Notes: generated by a model not told the origin, from the sequence alone. Counted from the first letter of the stretch, positions 33,042 to 44,800 are shown. The stretch is 64,000 nt of DNA from Diplonema japonicum (GCA_964019335.1 OZ025740.1:248001-312000); one strand, 5' to 3'. Made by a program: numbers and translations.

Positions 33042-34033
33042 TTTGAATGATTTGATAGTTTACCCAGTAACCCCCTAAAAAAGAAAAAGAAAAAAAGATC
33101 AGAAAATATATGAGCAAAAAAAAGTATAAAGAAAATATATAATAAGCCCCTATTGCCGCCAAGGGCCAGGTAAAAAAAAAAAGGGGGAGGTGGTGAGACA
33201 AAGTGGAGGGAAACATATATATATATATATATTTGTAACTCAGATTTTTTTCTTCAGTTTTGCATAGCAGTTGTGCAAAGCAGCATGCAATGCAAGGAAA
33301 GAGAGGGGGGGGGGTGAAAAAAAGGCTGGCTTGTAGGTAATCATACCACAGGGAACAGCTGTTAAGCTAATATAATTTGTATAGCATAATAAAAAAAAAA
33401 TAAAAAAAAATAAAAAGAAAAGATAGATAGTTTGGAGAAGGTTAAAAAAAAGGAAGGTGTTTTCTTTTTTTCTTTTTTTTTTGGAACCTTCTTACCCCCC
33501 CCCCCCCCCCCCCCAACTTCCTTTTTGGGATGGTGCAAGCGGGTTTTTTTTCTTTTTTCTCCCACTATTGCTTTAAAAATATACTAAAAAGAACACGCAG
33601 GTGTTGCAATCAAAACCAAAAAAAAAGGGGGTTCTTTCTTTAAAAGCCTCGATTTCTTTTTATTCTTTTTTTTTTTTTTGTTCTTCTTTTGAAAGAATAA
33701 AAAGTGAGAAGAGAGAGAGAGAGAGAGAGATTAAAAAAAAAAAATTGTTGTTTGTTAAAGCCGAACATAGCCTGCTAACAATTCATTTTACAATTTTTGA
33801 TTTTTTTTTTTTCTTGTTTAAATGTTTACGCAGATGTTGAAGTGGAAGCAAACACACAAAACCCTATAGAAATATAATTCACTCCTGAAAGGGAAAAAAA
33901 CTCCCCCCCCCACAGACTTCATCAGAAAAAATTGAATAGGTCAACTATGATGAGATGACCGGTGTTTGTACGCGTCGGTGAGAATCTTGGAGCTGCTTTA
34001 ACTACGTTCCTACAAGTCAAAAGACGAGTTCTT

Positions 34034-34077
<44 letters not shown>

Positions 34078-34221
34078 AAAAAAAGTAAAGTACCGTGTTT
34101 GTACCCAATGCCGAACGAAAAATATTTGGAACGGAGAATTTTTTTGGAATTTTTTTCTTCCCCCCCCAGAGAAATTGGGGTTTTTTTTTTTAGAACAGAA
34201 TTAAATATGGGAACAAACGCG

Positions 34222-34253
<32 letters not shown>

Positions 34254-34505
34254 CCTTTTGGTTACTTTTCCGCTCTATATTAAGTACAAATACGATTTCA
34301 AGTTTTTAAAATCATTATAAAAATGTGGAAGGTAAAAAAATAAAATACTGAACAGAAAAAAATAAAAAGAAGAAAAAAAAAGAAAAAAAAAGTGAGAGGA
34401 AAGAAATTGTAGGTCAGAATAACTCCTCCAGTAGCCTTTTTAAGTAGTTAAGAAGAACCCACAAATACCCGGAGAAAAACAAACCCGAACAGTTGTCTAC
34501 TCGGC

Positions 34506-34536
<31 letters not shown>

Positions 34537-34842
34537 CTTTTTTTTCTTACAGTATTTTTTTTTTTTTTTTTTTGAAATTTAAAAAAAAATATAAAAGACT
34601 TCAGCAATTTCTTCGTAGATCTTCTTTTTTTTCTCCCCCCCTTCTTTTTGCAAAACTCAATGAAAAAAAAACTGTAAGAGTTAGGTGGGTAAAAGGGGTA
34701 ACAAAAAAAAAAAAAAAAAGAAACCTGCAGAGCCAAGCGGCACAGTCCACAGACATCTATCTTTTAGTGCCAGAAACTGATGGTCTGGTAAAACGAGGAC
34801 ATGACGACCCGTACCATAAACCTAAAGAAATCTTATATATAT

Positions 34843-36439
34843 GGCATCGTTTCAAAAACCCCCCCCCAAAATGAGGCCAATTGACACTTTCAATATTTCT
34901 CTAAGTACTTTTTCCCAAAAAAAAAAAAAATTCTACAACTTTCCCGGCCCAGATTAGGAAAGAAAACACCCCAGAAAATGGGAAAGTGGGTGTTACTGGT
35001 ACCCAGAAAATTCAGTCCTAGGGGCAAAAATGGGTTTTTTCACTTTGCACAAATTCAGTAAAAGAGGGGGTGACAAAAATGGATGCTTTTAACTTGCTGT
35101 TGAGAAGCTAGGGGTAAAAAAAAATGGTATTCGGACCGAGAAAGGGTAAATGGGAACACCACGGTGATCAGGACACTCGCCACAGAGGTTTTTGAGAAGC
35201 TCAGTGGCAACGACTGTGCTGCACTAGTTTGTGGCGTAGTGTGTAAAGGGGAACTTCTAGCGGCACTTCTGCTATCATTTTCTGGTTGATTTAGTAGCCA
35301 ACAAGACACCACACGGCGCCAATTGGTCAGAGGCATGAGGCTTGACCACATCACACATGATGAAATAAGGGCAGCTGGCCTTACTGTTGGAAAAGTCTTG
35401 TTCCACAGTAGCATGGGCACAGAAAAAAATAAAGAAAAAAATGGAGTGGATACTCTGGACTGACGGTGGGCGTCACTTTCGTGCAAAGGAATTTTGCTAC
35501 TTTGTTCTTTTTGGTCTTCGTTATGTATATCCCGATCGGACGTTTTCCCTGTGGTTTCTGGGGGAGAAACACGGCAAAAACAACAGGGACAGCCACTTTG
35601 GTGTGCTCTCTCGTGTTTTTTGGTTTTGGGTGCCTCGTTCCACAACAATTAAAACTGTGGAACAAATAGGTAACATCACCAATACGATACGGTGCGCCAT
35701 GCATGTAGTTACTGATGTCTTTGGCCCGTACAAAAAGAAAATTCTTGAGTTTCCGGATTTTACAGGTGCATATGAGCTCAGGAGCACACCGGAGGGTGTA
35801 TTTGCTACGTGTGCGTCCACGAGCTAGAAAGAACTAAAGTAATTCATCAAAGAACTCGATGCAGACAGGGCAGAGAAAAGGCCCCCAGTCTATGAATCTT
35901 GTGATGAGTATGAGGACGTTCCTGATAGCCTTCCCGGACTTGAAAAACGAGAAAGAATGGTAACCAAATTACAAAAATACTCGACACCCCATGACAAGCC
36001 CAAAGCACCAAGTACACCTACGAATGAGCCTCTTAAAACCCCCCAAAATGCGGTAGAAGGCCTAATAGTATGAAAAAGAAATGAGGTCGCCCACTCAGCA
36101 GCAGCACATCTCAGCCGCAGAAGACTAGGAAATGAAGGTTTCCACGAAATGAAGGTTTCCAACATCATTTCAGCCACCCTTCTAGTAGTGAGTTCCGCTA
36201 TTTCTTGCTATTGAAAGCATACTCTCTGACTTTACCAAAACCACTAAAACCCGATTTTGACCCTAAAACTGAATTTTTCATAGGTCAAAATAGCACTCTT
36301 GAGCGATTTCTGACCCGGGTTCTTTCCTAATATGGGCCGGGAAATATGGAGAATTTTTTTTAAAGGGGGCGGCATGCCCAAAGATGCAACGAAAGTGTCA
36401 ATTGGCCTCATTTTGGGGGGGGGTTTTTGAAATCGACCC
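34843..36439 (+). mobile_element. Defective cut-and-paste DNA transposon with long TIRs (tentatively Sola-like)
   Basis: Imperfect TIRs of about 190 bp (core tttcaaaaacccccccccaaaatgaggccaattgacactttc). ATAT flanks both ends. Transposase remnant 35387..35827 with WTDGGRHF and HGKNNRDSHFG. Confidence 0.8.
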
Positions 36440-36442
36440 ATA

Positions 36443-36491
<49 letters not shown>

Positions 36492-36984
36492 ATTCTGTTA
36501 ACTGAATCGTCCAATACTACCTATAGGCGCTCTTGCAACGACCTCCACAGCCATCGCCAACGTGCCAAAAAATGGGCTAAACTCGCACATGGCGTGCCAC
36601 ACCCATAGGCCTCACGACCGGGGAGGGGGACATTTATCTTACGCCCGTAAGCTAGAGTGCGCATGCATCCCCAGCTCGCTTGGGGTCCGACCTGCTGCCC
36701 AATTCAAAGCGAGGTTGCGGTGAATCCAAGCCCCCCTAAGCATCGACACGATTAACAAAGGGGTTTGTTACGCCGGGATATCTTGTTCACCAATGCTCCA
36801 TACGCCCCCTGTTGCCAGTTCGCCGGATGAGCATACTGCAGGGACTCATCCGTTGCCCGGTGGGTACCACGAGGAGGTCAGCAACAATTCTATACTTTTG
36901 GCCACGTAGGGCCTGTTCTACATTTAGTATAGTCCCACCTGGAGAAAAAAAAAAAAGAAGAAAAAAAAAAAAAAACAATCTTAA

Positions 36985-37078
36985 CCATTAAGGACCGGGG
37001 GGCAAAAAAAAAAAAAAAGTGTCACAGAAAATATATAATTTTTCTTAAGGACACATATGTCCCATGTTCCTTCAGTGG
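36985..37078. mobile_element. Tiny piggyBac-type MITE candidate
   Basis: TTAA|ccattaaggac ... gttccttcagtgg|TTAA; the terminus resembles the piggyBac end at 62334. Confidence 0.45.
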
Positions 37079-37316
37079 TTAAAAAAAAAAAGTTTTTTTT
37101 TTGAGCTGTAAGGCATGTTAACAACCTCTTTAATTTGATTTTTACTTTTTTTTTTTTTCTTTCATCAAAATACAATCGTATAATAGTAGAAGTAGTTGTA
37201 ACAACAACAAAAAAAAAAAAAAAAAAAAAAGAGGGGACGGTGGTTTCAGACAGGGGTGTCTTGGCACTGTAGATTTTTGTTTCTGTTTCTGTTTCGTGTG
37301 GTAACGTGTGAGACGA

Positions 37317-37351
<35 letters not shown>

Positions 37352-37389
37352 CATTTAAGGGTAAAAAAAAAAAAAAAAACAAAAAAAAA

Positions 37390-37530
37390 GAGTCTGTTTG
37401 TGCACAGCCGGGGGGTTAACTTGTAGAAAAGCCCAACAATGCCACCACTACTCTTTTTTAGCAATAACAAATTCATTTTCAATATATATTGGTTCCTGTT
37501 CATGCAAGAAAGAGTCGGTTGATTGTTGAC
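37390..37530. repeat. Dispersed intergenic repeat, copy 2, with partial tandem duplication
   Basis: Matches 4445-4562; gagtcggttgattgttg recurs at about 37512. Confidence 0.9.
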
Positions 37531-37718
37531 TGTACAGCCCCGGGGTAAAGAAAAAAAAAAAAAAAAACAAACAAAAAAAAAAACAAACAAACAAAGGGGG
37601 GGAAGTGGAGGTAGAGCTGCCAAGCTTTCGGGCCGCTCCAAAAAAATAAAAAAATAAAAAAATAAAAAAAAAATAAAAAAAGATACGGAAAACAAAAACA
37701 ACAAACAAACAAACAAAA

Positions 37719-37752
<34 letters not shown>

Positions 37753-37758
37753 GTTTTC

Positions 37759-40700
37759 CTACAAACGTACAGCCGTGAAAGGAGCAGTGATAAGCCCCCC
37801 GGCCTTCGGACTACTCACAACAGGCCCCAACCCTTTCAAATAAGGCAGATCATACAGCTCAGCGGCGGTGGGGCGTTCTCTACTATCTCTCCTGAGACAC
37901 AAATCCAGCAAATCCTGGAAATGCGGAGGGATACCGGCACTATCACTAATCACCGGCCTCAGCGCCTCGTCCCTACCTAACTGGTAAATCACAGCCGGAA
38001 GAGGCAGCTCGAGGAACGATGCAGGATAAGGAATATCACCAGTCAAACAAAAATACACAGTAATTCCAAGAGACCAAATATCTGACGCATAGGAAGCTTC
38101 ACCCAAGCAAGCCTCCGGCGACATAAAAACCGGCGTTCCAATTACCTGAGAAGAGGACTCTGGAGATTCTGCCAGCTTGAACGACGCCCCGAAGTCCGAT
38201 AGCTTGCATTGCCCGTCGATAGTGAGGAGAATATTTTCAGGTTTCACGTCACGGTGGATGACCTTACTGGTGTGGAGGTACGATAGGCCTTTTAAAATAT
38301 CCTTGAGAAACCGCAAGAGACAGTTTTCGGGGATTTTTCCAAAAGATTTCAACGCATCGCTGAGGGAGCCGCCTGGCATATATTCCATGAAAACGACGAG
38401 GTACGAATCGGTGATGGAACTCCCGTAATACGCCACGATGTTCCCATGCGAGAGGTCGGAGAGGAGTTTGATTTCATTAACGAGCCGTCTTACTTCGGAG
38501 TCAACCATTGCCGATGCCGACGGCCGTCCAGGTCGCTGCTTTCGGCGTCCTGCCGGGCCTGCACTTTCGGGAAGCCGGAGCGACTTCAACGCCACAAAAC
38601 TTCCTGAATCATCCATTCCCGCCCATACTTCTCCGTACCTTCCTCGTCCAAGAAGTTTCGTTGACCTGTGGTACACCTCGCCTGTAAACCTCTCTGTTAT
38701 TTGAATGGGTACCGCTTCGCTTTTATCCTCACCGTCGACCGCCGCGTGGATCTCTTTTTCAATGCTTCCCCACGAACCCATTCGTGTGGTTAACATGCTG
38801 GTATTCTGCTCGCCACGAGGGGACGAGACGGTCTCGATGTCAGGATGGTCAACGGGCAACGCGGCACCTCCGAAGTCCGGCCACTCACCCTTCCACTGCC
38901 TGTGGTAAGGTGCCGGGAGGGTCTGGTAGTCGGGGTGGTTGACGATTCTCGCAAGGCGCTCCGCTTGGAGGTCGTGCGGGTGCGCGGATAGATATCTCTC
39001 AAATTTCTCAACTGTCCCTTGTAAGTGGAGACGGAACGCTTCAAACACATCACGATAAGCACATCCTGCAAGGCTCGGCTCACGGACGATTTCATACACA
39101 TACTCTGCAACTGAGTCGCTTAACTTAATCACGTCTATCGGGCGAGTAAAAATAGTCGGGTCTGTGAGGCGGTCCCTCGTGTTCTGCGATAGGACGACGT
39201 GGGTTTCAAGCAGCTTGCAAAGCCGCAGCAACGATCTGCAGTTGGACAGAGTCTCCCCATGGCATGTGTGCGTCTTCGTCAGCATGTCACCAACGGTTCC
39301 CACAAACAACACTCCAGACGCGATGGAGCATTCCCACGAGATTTTTTTCGCGTTGCTTTGCCGTCTGTGCGGCGCCATGGGGAGCAACCTTGTGAGCTGT
39401 AAATACGTCTGCGTCGCGTCCAGCCAATGACGGGGACAGGTCAGATGGCAGTTAAAAGTCCCTGTTAATTCGTCCGCCGTGAACGACAGAATGACCCCCG
39501 ACCGTTCTCTGAACACTTTTAATGACGTTTCGATGAACTCCTTCGACCACGCGAGGCCCTCTCCCTGAAGCCCAGTCTCCAATACTGCGGCAATGCACAT
39601 CACAGTTGCCTGTCGTTTCTTCATACTGATCTCGCCCCGTGTCGCCAAAGGGTTCACTGGCGATGCAACGTAGCTCATCACACTTCCCACATCCGTGAAC
39701 GCAGACACTCTGCGTGTTGGTGGGTTGTCGTAGTTTCCCCCCACAGGAGAGGGTAACTGTACAGGTGATGCTAACCCAAACAAGTCCTCTTCCTCATCTT
39801 CGATTAGGGCAGCTTGATTTATATACGCCCTGAACTCATACAGTGAACGGAGCATTACGAAAAAGCTAGCTTGCATCTCCCGTATTTCAAGGACCCTTGA
39901 CGGTTCCAGCTCAACAGCGTCCTCCAGCTTCATCTTCGCCACGGATTTCATCGATTCGTTCAGTTCTGTGAGCGGTTCGACCATGTACCCAGCAGATATG
40001 ACGGACAGTGTGATGAGGACAGCGATGAGGCCGCATGTTACCAGCGAGACGATAAGGACTTCTGTGTTCAGGTCGGAGAGGGTCCGTTCGTACCTTGTTT
40101 GCAGTTTTGCCTGTATTTCTATTGACGTGTTTCGCACATCGTAGAGGGTTGGCTCGACAGGTGTCAGAAGGATCGCGCGCAGATTCAAACCTTCGAAGAA
40201 GTTAAGCCCCTTCGCCCGCACCCAGAAGTTTTGCTGCGTCGCCTTGCAATACCACACGGAGCCGTTCTGAGCATAGGCCTGCGATCCACCGAAGCAGGAG
40301 ATGACCGGATCTGTCGACTCCGAAACCTTCACAGGGGTTCGGTCTGTGAAGTTATACTCAGAGGTGTTCTTGTACATGTCCACCCTACCGTGCGAAGCGC
40401 CTATTAAGGTCTCGTGGTGCACGTGTAGTGGGTCGTAGTTGATAATGAACAATCTGGACCCTTCTGCAACACCGATGCCCTTTGGGTCCGACAGGAAGGC
40501 GGAGATGGACGATGCCACGTCGTAGCTGGCGTAGAAGAAGACCTCCTCCCCTTCCAACACCTGCGGCTTGATGTAGAACAGGGACAGGATCGGTCCCGTT
40601 GCCTGGAGGGACCACAGCTCCCCGCTGCTTTTCACGTTTCTTAAAACCGATGCAGCAAGCGGCGGAAGAAAGTTTGCAGGGCACGCTCCGCTCACACCAG

Positions 40701-41292
40701 ACAACCCATTAGACAAAACCGATTCATTACACACACCATCGACTAGACCTCCATTTGAACTCTGAATGGTACCCCACACAGGAGGATGCGGTGGGAGAGA
40801 TGTTCCAAGCCAAGGCGACGCGCCAGCCTGGCTTGGAAGGTGGTATATAATAGCGCTTACAGTGTCGTTGGGGTCCAACCACGCGATGCCTAGCTCCGAT
40901 ACTTTCGAAGGTTGCAAGGTCTCAAAGGTTGAGAATAATGCAGGGTATGCCATGTCTGTGAACCATTGTTTGGAGAGAAGCCCTGACGTATGGGAGGCCC
41001 GTGAAAGGTAGCCGTGGAGTGCTGTTAGGTGTTTTGTTTCGTCACCGAATCTGTTTATTATGAGTGAGCTCTGCCTGTCGAGTACCAGGTTCATCATGTC
41101 GCCTACTGTCTGGATCACGGAGAGGGTCCCGTGGTTGAAGCATTCTCCTACTCTCTCTCTGCACGACTCCTCCATTTCCGAGACGGCCTGCTTCCCGTTC
41201 ACAAAGGACACAATGCCGATGATGCCCCCGCTCGCCACCACCAAGCCCACGGCGAAACACGTTATCAATGCTCTTGTGGTTATCGTGAACAT
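37759..41292 (-). CDS. Receptor-like protein: TM, extracellular sensor, TM, HAMP-like linker, degenerate class III cyclase, STE/MAP3K-like kinase
   Basis: Two TM helices. HAMP-like PLTELNESMKSVAKM...EIREMQASF. Kinase motifs LGRGRYGEV, VALK, HRDVKPEN, DFG, GTPVFMSPE, DIWSLG. ATG at 41292. Confidence 0.9.
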   Translation of the reverse strand: MFTITTRALITCFAVGLVVASGGIIGIVSFVNGKQAVSEMEESCRERVGECFNHGTLSVIQTVGDMMNLVLDRQSSLIINRFGDETKHLTALHGYLSRASHTSGLLSKQWFTDMAYPALFSTFETLQPSKVSELGIAWLDPNDTVSAIIYHLPSQAGASPWLGTSLPPHPPVWGTIQSSNGGLVDGVCNESVLSNGLSGVSGACPANFLPPLAASVLRNVKSSGELWSLQATGPILSLFYIKPQVLEGEEVFFYASYDVASSISAFLSDPKGIGVAEGSRLFIINYDPLHVHHETLIGASHGRVDMYKNTSEYNFTDRTPVKVSESTDPVISCFGGSQAYAQNGSVWYCKATQQNFWVRAKGLNFFEGLNLRAILLTPVEPTLYDVRNTSIEIQAKLQTRYERTLSDLNTEVLIVSLVTCGLIAVLITLSVISAGYMVEPLTELNESMKSVAKMKLEDAVELEPSRVLEIREMQASFFVMLRSLYEFRAYINQAALIEDEEEDLFGLASPVQLPSPVGGNYDNPPTRRVSAFTDVGSVMSYVASPVNPLATRGEISMKKRQATVMCIAAVLETGLQGEGLAWSKEFIETSLKVFRERSGVILSFTADELTGTFNCHLTCPRHWLDATQTYLQLTRLLPMAPHRRQSNAKKISWECSIASGVLFVGTVGDMLTKTHTCHGETLSNCRSLLRLCKLLETHVVLSQNTRDRLTDPTIFTRPIDVIKLSDSVAEYVYEIVREPSLAGCAYRDVFEAFRLHLQGTVEKFERYLSAHPHDLQAERLARIVNHPDYQTLPAPYHRQWKGEWPDFGGAALPVDHPDIETVSSPRGEQNTSMLTTRMGSWGSIEKEIHAAVDGEDKSEAVPIQITERFTGEVYHRSTKLLGRGRYGEVWAGMDDSGSFVALKSLRLPESAGPAGRRKQRPGRPSASAMVDSEVRRLVNEIKLLSDLSHGNIVAYYGSSITDSYLVVFMEYMPGGSLSDALKSFGKIPENCLLRFLKDILKGLSYLHTSKVIHRDVKPENILLTIDGQCKLSDFGASFKLAESPESSSQVIGTPVFMSPEACLGEASYASDIWSLGITVYFCLTGDIPYPASFLELPLPAVIYQLGRDEALRPVISDSAGIPPHFQDLLDLCLRRDSRERPTAAELYDLPYLKGLGPVVSSPKAGGLITAPFTAVRL

Positions 41293-41609
41293 TGTTTTTT
41301 TTTTTTCGTTTCCTTTTCCTCCCCCCTCCCCTTCCCCTCCTCCTTCCTCCCTGCTGTGGTTTGGGGGTGTTTTGTGGAATTGAAGGGAGGGGGGGGGGGG
41401 GTTAATATTTATATGGATATGTCTGTGTATGGACGAGAGCTTTTTTTTTTTTTTTTTTTTTTTTTTGAGCAAAAAAAAAAAGAGGGGGAGGGGGGAATGG
41501 AACAAAAAAAAAAAAGTGAATACTTCATGACGCATATGTTTTTTGTGACAACAAACAAAAAAACGTAGTTTTGCACAAAAAAAAAAAAAATAACTATTTA
41601 TTGCCAACA

Positions 41610-42157
41610 AATAATGAGTCATTATTTAACTCGAGTTCCCGAATTTTTTGCACGAGGGCCCGCAGGGCCCGAGTGCAAAAAAACGGGTAACGAGTGTTAA
41701 ATAATGGCTCATTTGGCGGCAAGTAAGTCGTTTTATTTCACTCTTCGTCATTTGAGTCACTCACTCTTCACTGCTTTCACTGCTGTTTTTTTTCACGCAG
41801 GTCAGCTTTTTGGGGATTTTCCTAAGGTAATACAGGGTAGCTATTTCGCCGTGGCATTTAAAGGGGAAGTAAGGCACTTATTCCCACTTTTAAGGGCTGG
41901 AATGGCCTCAGATGGCCAAAAATAGTCAAAATACCCCCACCCCAAAAAAATTTTTCAAGGGGTTGGGTGCATTTTTTTCCACGACAAGACCCATTTTTTC
42001 ACTCTGAAGGGCCATTATTTAACTGCAAAATCTCATTATTTAACTAGTTAAATAATGGCGATTTCGCGTTAAATAATGGCCGTTTCGCGTTAAATAATGG
42101 CCATTTCGCGTTAAATAATGAGGCCCCTAGTGAGTGAAGAAAATGACGAAGAGTGAA

Positions 42158-42162
<5 letters not shown>
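41610..42162. mobile_element. Non-coding hairpin-ended element, copy B (possibly Crypton-like non-autonomous)
   Basis: Palindrome at 41620-41706 centred on gagggccc-gca-gggcccgag. Inverted repeat ttttatttcactcttcgtcattt / aaatgacgaagagtgaaataaaa. Tandem ttaaataatggc(c/g)(a/g)tttcgcg units. Confidence 0.55.
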
Positions 42163-42195
<33 letters not shown>

Positions 42196-42198
<3 letters not shown>

Positions 42199-42480
42199 GG
42201 CTTTGATTGCAACACTAGGTGGCGTTAAGCGTGCAATGAAGCACGAACTACCTACTTGATTACAGGGGGCGCTCCTCGGCCGAGCAGTAGCTTCTTCTGC
42301 GTTCCGCGTCGTGTCCTTAATGCGTGCGGTGTGCTCAACCCTAGCCGGGGCGTCCCGGGTAACCAAGATTCTGCGCTCGTGCAGTTTGCTGCCTGTTCGT
42401 CACCCTGAGCATCTGCGTTACGTTCTTCCACTCGGGCGCTACCGGTGATGACCGACGGGGAGGTCAACAGCGAACAACAC
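42196..42480 (-). mobile_element. Severely 5'-truncated copy (3' end only) of the LINE family
   Basis: Terminus (A)n-tggggctttgattgcaacactaggtggcgttaagcgtgca matches 26491-26530. Weak similarity to the ORF2 C-terminus. Confidence 0.75.
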
Positions 42481-44021
42481 ATCTGATGTACTTCTTATAT
42501 TTCCATGTTATCCCCACCACCAAAAAAAAAAAGACAAAAAGACAAAAATTGTGCTTTGTGAAGCTTCATATAAAAGTCGCACCTTTTCAAGACAAATGAC
42601 TAAGGAGCAGTGGTCGGCTTACATTTACGTTTTGCTACATTTCTTTTTTTTTTTTTTTTTGATTCAAAATGCAATCTTTGGGCAAAGGTACGACAGGGTT
42701 CAAAATTAATATTTCTTTCTTCAATTCTTTAAGTTGCTCCACCCCGTAAAGAAAAAAAAAACCCCTAGACCCAGAAGTGAGCGAAGTGCCCGTTAAAGAA
42801 AAACAAGCCATGATAGACTTGCGTCTTTCACCTGGGCCCTGCCCACCTCCAACCGCTATGTTTGTGCACAACAAAAAAAAGAAGAAAAAAAAAGGGGGGG
42901 GGGAAACAGAACAAAAAAAAGGGAAAAGTCTGGCCAACAGAAGGGAAAACTGAAGAGAAAGGGAAGGGGGGGAGGGGAAAAAAAAATAGTCCAAGAGAAA
43001 AAAAATACATCATAAGATTTTTTTTTTTTGAAAGAGGCTTCATTTAGCTGGTCATAAAAGTAAAAGTACCCACTGGCATATGAGAATTTTGTCAGCCAGA
43101 GGCCATATTTTTTCGCTTTTGCGTAACGTTGTGATTACCAAGGTATCTAAAAGAAACCCACTGCTTCCTTTCTTGGCAGCGTTACGCTGCATTACAAATA
43201 ATCTCTTTTTATTAGATAGAAAAAAAAGGGAAGTATCCTTTTTCTTTTTATTTTTTTTTATTTTACTTTTAAATCAAAGTGAGTCTGTTCACAGAAGAAA
43301 AGCGTCCAAAAAAGAAAAGTGGCCCTCGCTAATCAGCAGCGGGGAGAAAAAAAAGAAAAAAGGAAAACGATATGAGAGATAATGGAGGGCCAGTGTGTTG
43401 GAGGTGCCCTGCACAAGCACTGTCCTTTATTACATTATATGGATATGAGATAAGGGAAGAAGGAGAAAAAAAAAATACAAAAAAAAAAAAAAAAAAGTAA
43501 ATAGATGCTATATTTCAAATTAATTGTGCACGAGCGGAATTTTACCTAAATAAAATAGCTCATTACGCTGCCATCAAACTAGCTTTTCATCTCGACAATT
43601 AAAAGTATTTTTTTAATCTCGACAAAAAAAGTATTTTTTTTTTTTTTCTTAACCATCTATCAACGAGCGTCTATATATAGACGATTTGAAAAAAAATCTT
43701 TTACGCAAAGGGCTTTCAATGCAATACGGCCCGGCCCTTTCTTGCCGGCGGGGTCCTGCGCGGAAAATATGAAAAAATAACGCTCCATATTCGCTAAGTG
43801 ACCCACCAGAAACCGCATTTTGAAGAGCTAAAAAAATTTCTAATTGCTTTTTCTAGGGTTGGAATGGATTTATTTGCGTCCGGGGCCCAATGTTCGACAT
43901 ATGGAATTTTTTTTTGTAATAAAATTTTTTTTGGTGATTTGCCTTACTTTGTACTATACAAAATGAAGCAGCTCCGGTGGAAAAAACACGGCACAAGTGG
44001 GGTTCGAACCCTGATGAAAAA

Positions 44022-44104
44022 ACCACTGCATCGGGATTCGAACCCACGACTCCTGGAACAGGGGGGCCTGACAGGTGAGCATGGTAACCACTCTACCACA
44101 CAGG
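44022..44104 (-). other. Degenerate tRNA-like (Asp-like) module inside the TIR element
   Basis: A-box tggtagagtgg with D-stem ggta/tacc, ctgtca loop, B-box gggttcgaatccc. The anticodon stem does not pair properly. Confidence 0.55.
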
Positions 44105-44399
44105 AATTCAAAACTCTGACCCCCCATCTTTACTCACGCATCCGGCATAGTGGGTGGAGTAGGTTCCCTTCTTTCCACACCAGATATCCTCCACGATACA
44201 CACTCACGACACGCCTCAGCCCATCAACACTGTGATGAAATAAACACAGAATAAGAGATGAGATAAAGGAGGTTCCTGTTCTGGAACGTCCTTGTCTACT
44301 TATCTCTACTTATCTACCTCTTTCCCTGTTCTCGAAGTCTAGTACGAGTTCCATTGCCATTGACTCGTCTCGGTCCGTCGTACTACTTCAGATTCCTGA

Positions 44400-44800
44400 G
44401 CTACTTGATAATGTCTTCTCCGTGCTACTGCTGCTGTTACTGTTGTTGCTGCTGCGTTGGGGAGGTTGTCCATGTCCTCTGTTGTGCCTCGGGTGGCCCT
44501 CCTCTGCTTCCTCGGTCTTGTGCTTCTTGTACAAGATGAGGCTGGGGTGCCATCCTTTGTTTTTGCCTGCATATGGCACTTCCACCCCGTCTGCTCTGAG
44601 ATCTCACTTCTTGCCCTCTTTTGTGTAGTGGACCCGGTAGTGGAGCTCCTTGTGGCTGTACTCCGCTATCGCGATCCTGTCCATCTGGAGTCCTCGTTGT
44701 CTGAGGCTCTCTGCTGGCTGGAAGGGCTTGCTTTGGTCTTTCCCTTCGAGTTGCCCGTGTGCTCTCAGGAGTAGGAAGTATTCTCCGGTCGTCGTCACTG
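44400..44800 (-). pseudogene. Degraded fragment of the Penelope-like element's USP domain
   Basis: EYSHKELHYRVHY..RADGVEVPY.GK.KGWHPSL..YKKHK aligns with 51170-51460; contains stops and frameshifts. Confidence 0.88.

Larger units (their letters stand above)
26491..33075 (-). mobile_element. Apparently full-length two-ORF APE-type non-LTR retrotransposon (LINE)
   Basis: Intact ORF1 and ORF2, with a conserved 3' terminus shared with 11371 and 42196. The 5' boundary is approximate and no clear TSD is visible in the A/T tracts. Confidence 0.93.

Noticed and set aside
33216-34800. Short poly-Phe/poly-Lys ORFs here and in other intergenic regions
   Set aside because: Artefacts of A/T homopolymer tracts, which also falsely extend the N-termini of several real ORFs.
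42045-42122. CRISPR-like array
   Set aside because: Contiguous ~21-bp tandem repeats with no unique spacers, no cas genes, and a eukaryotic context.
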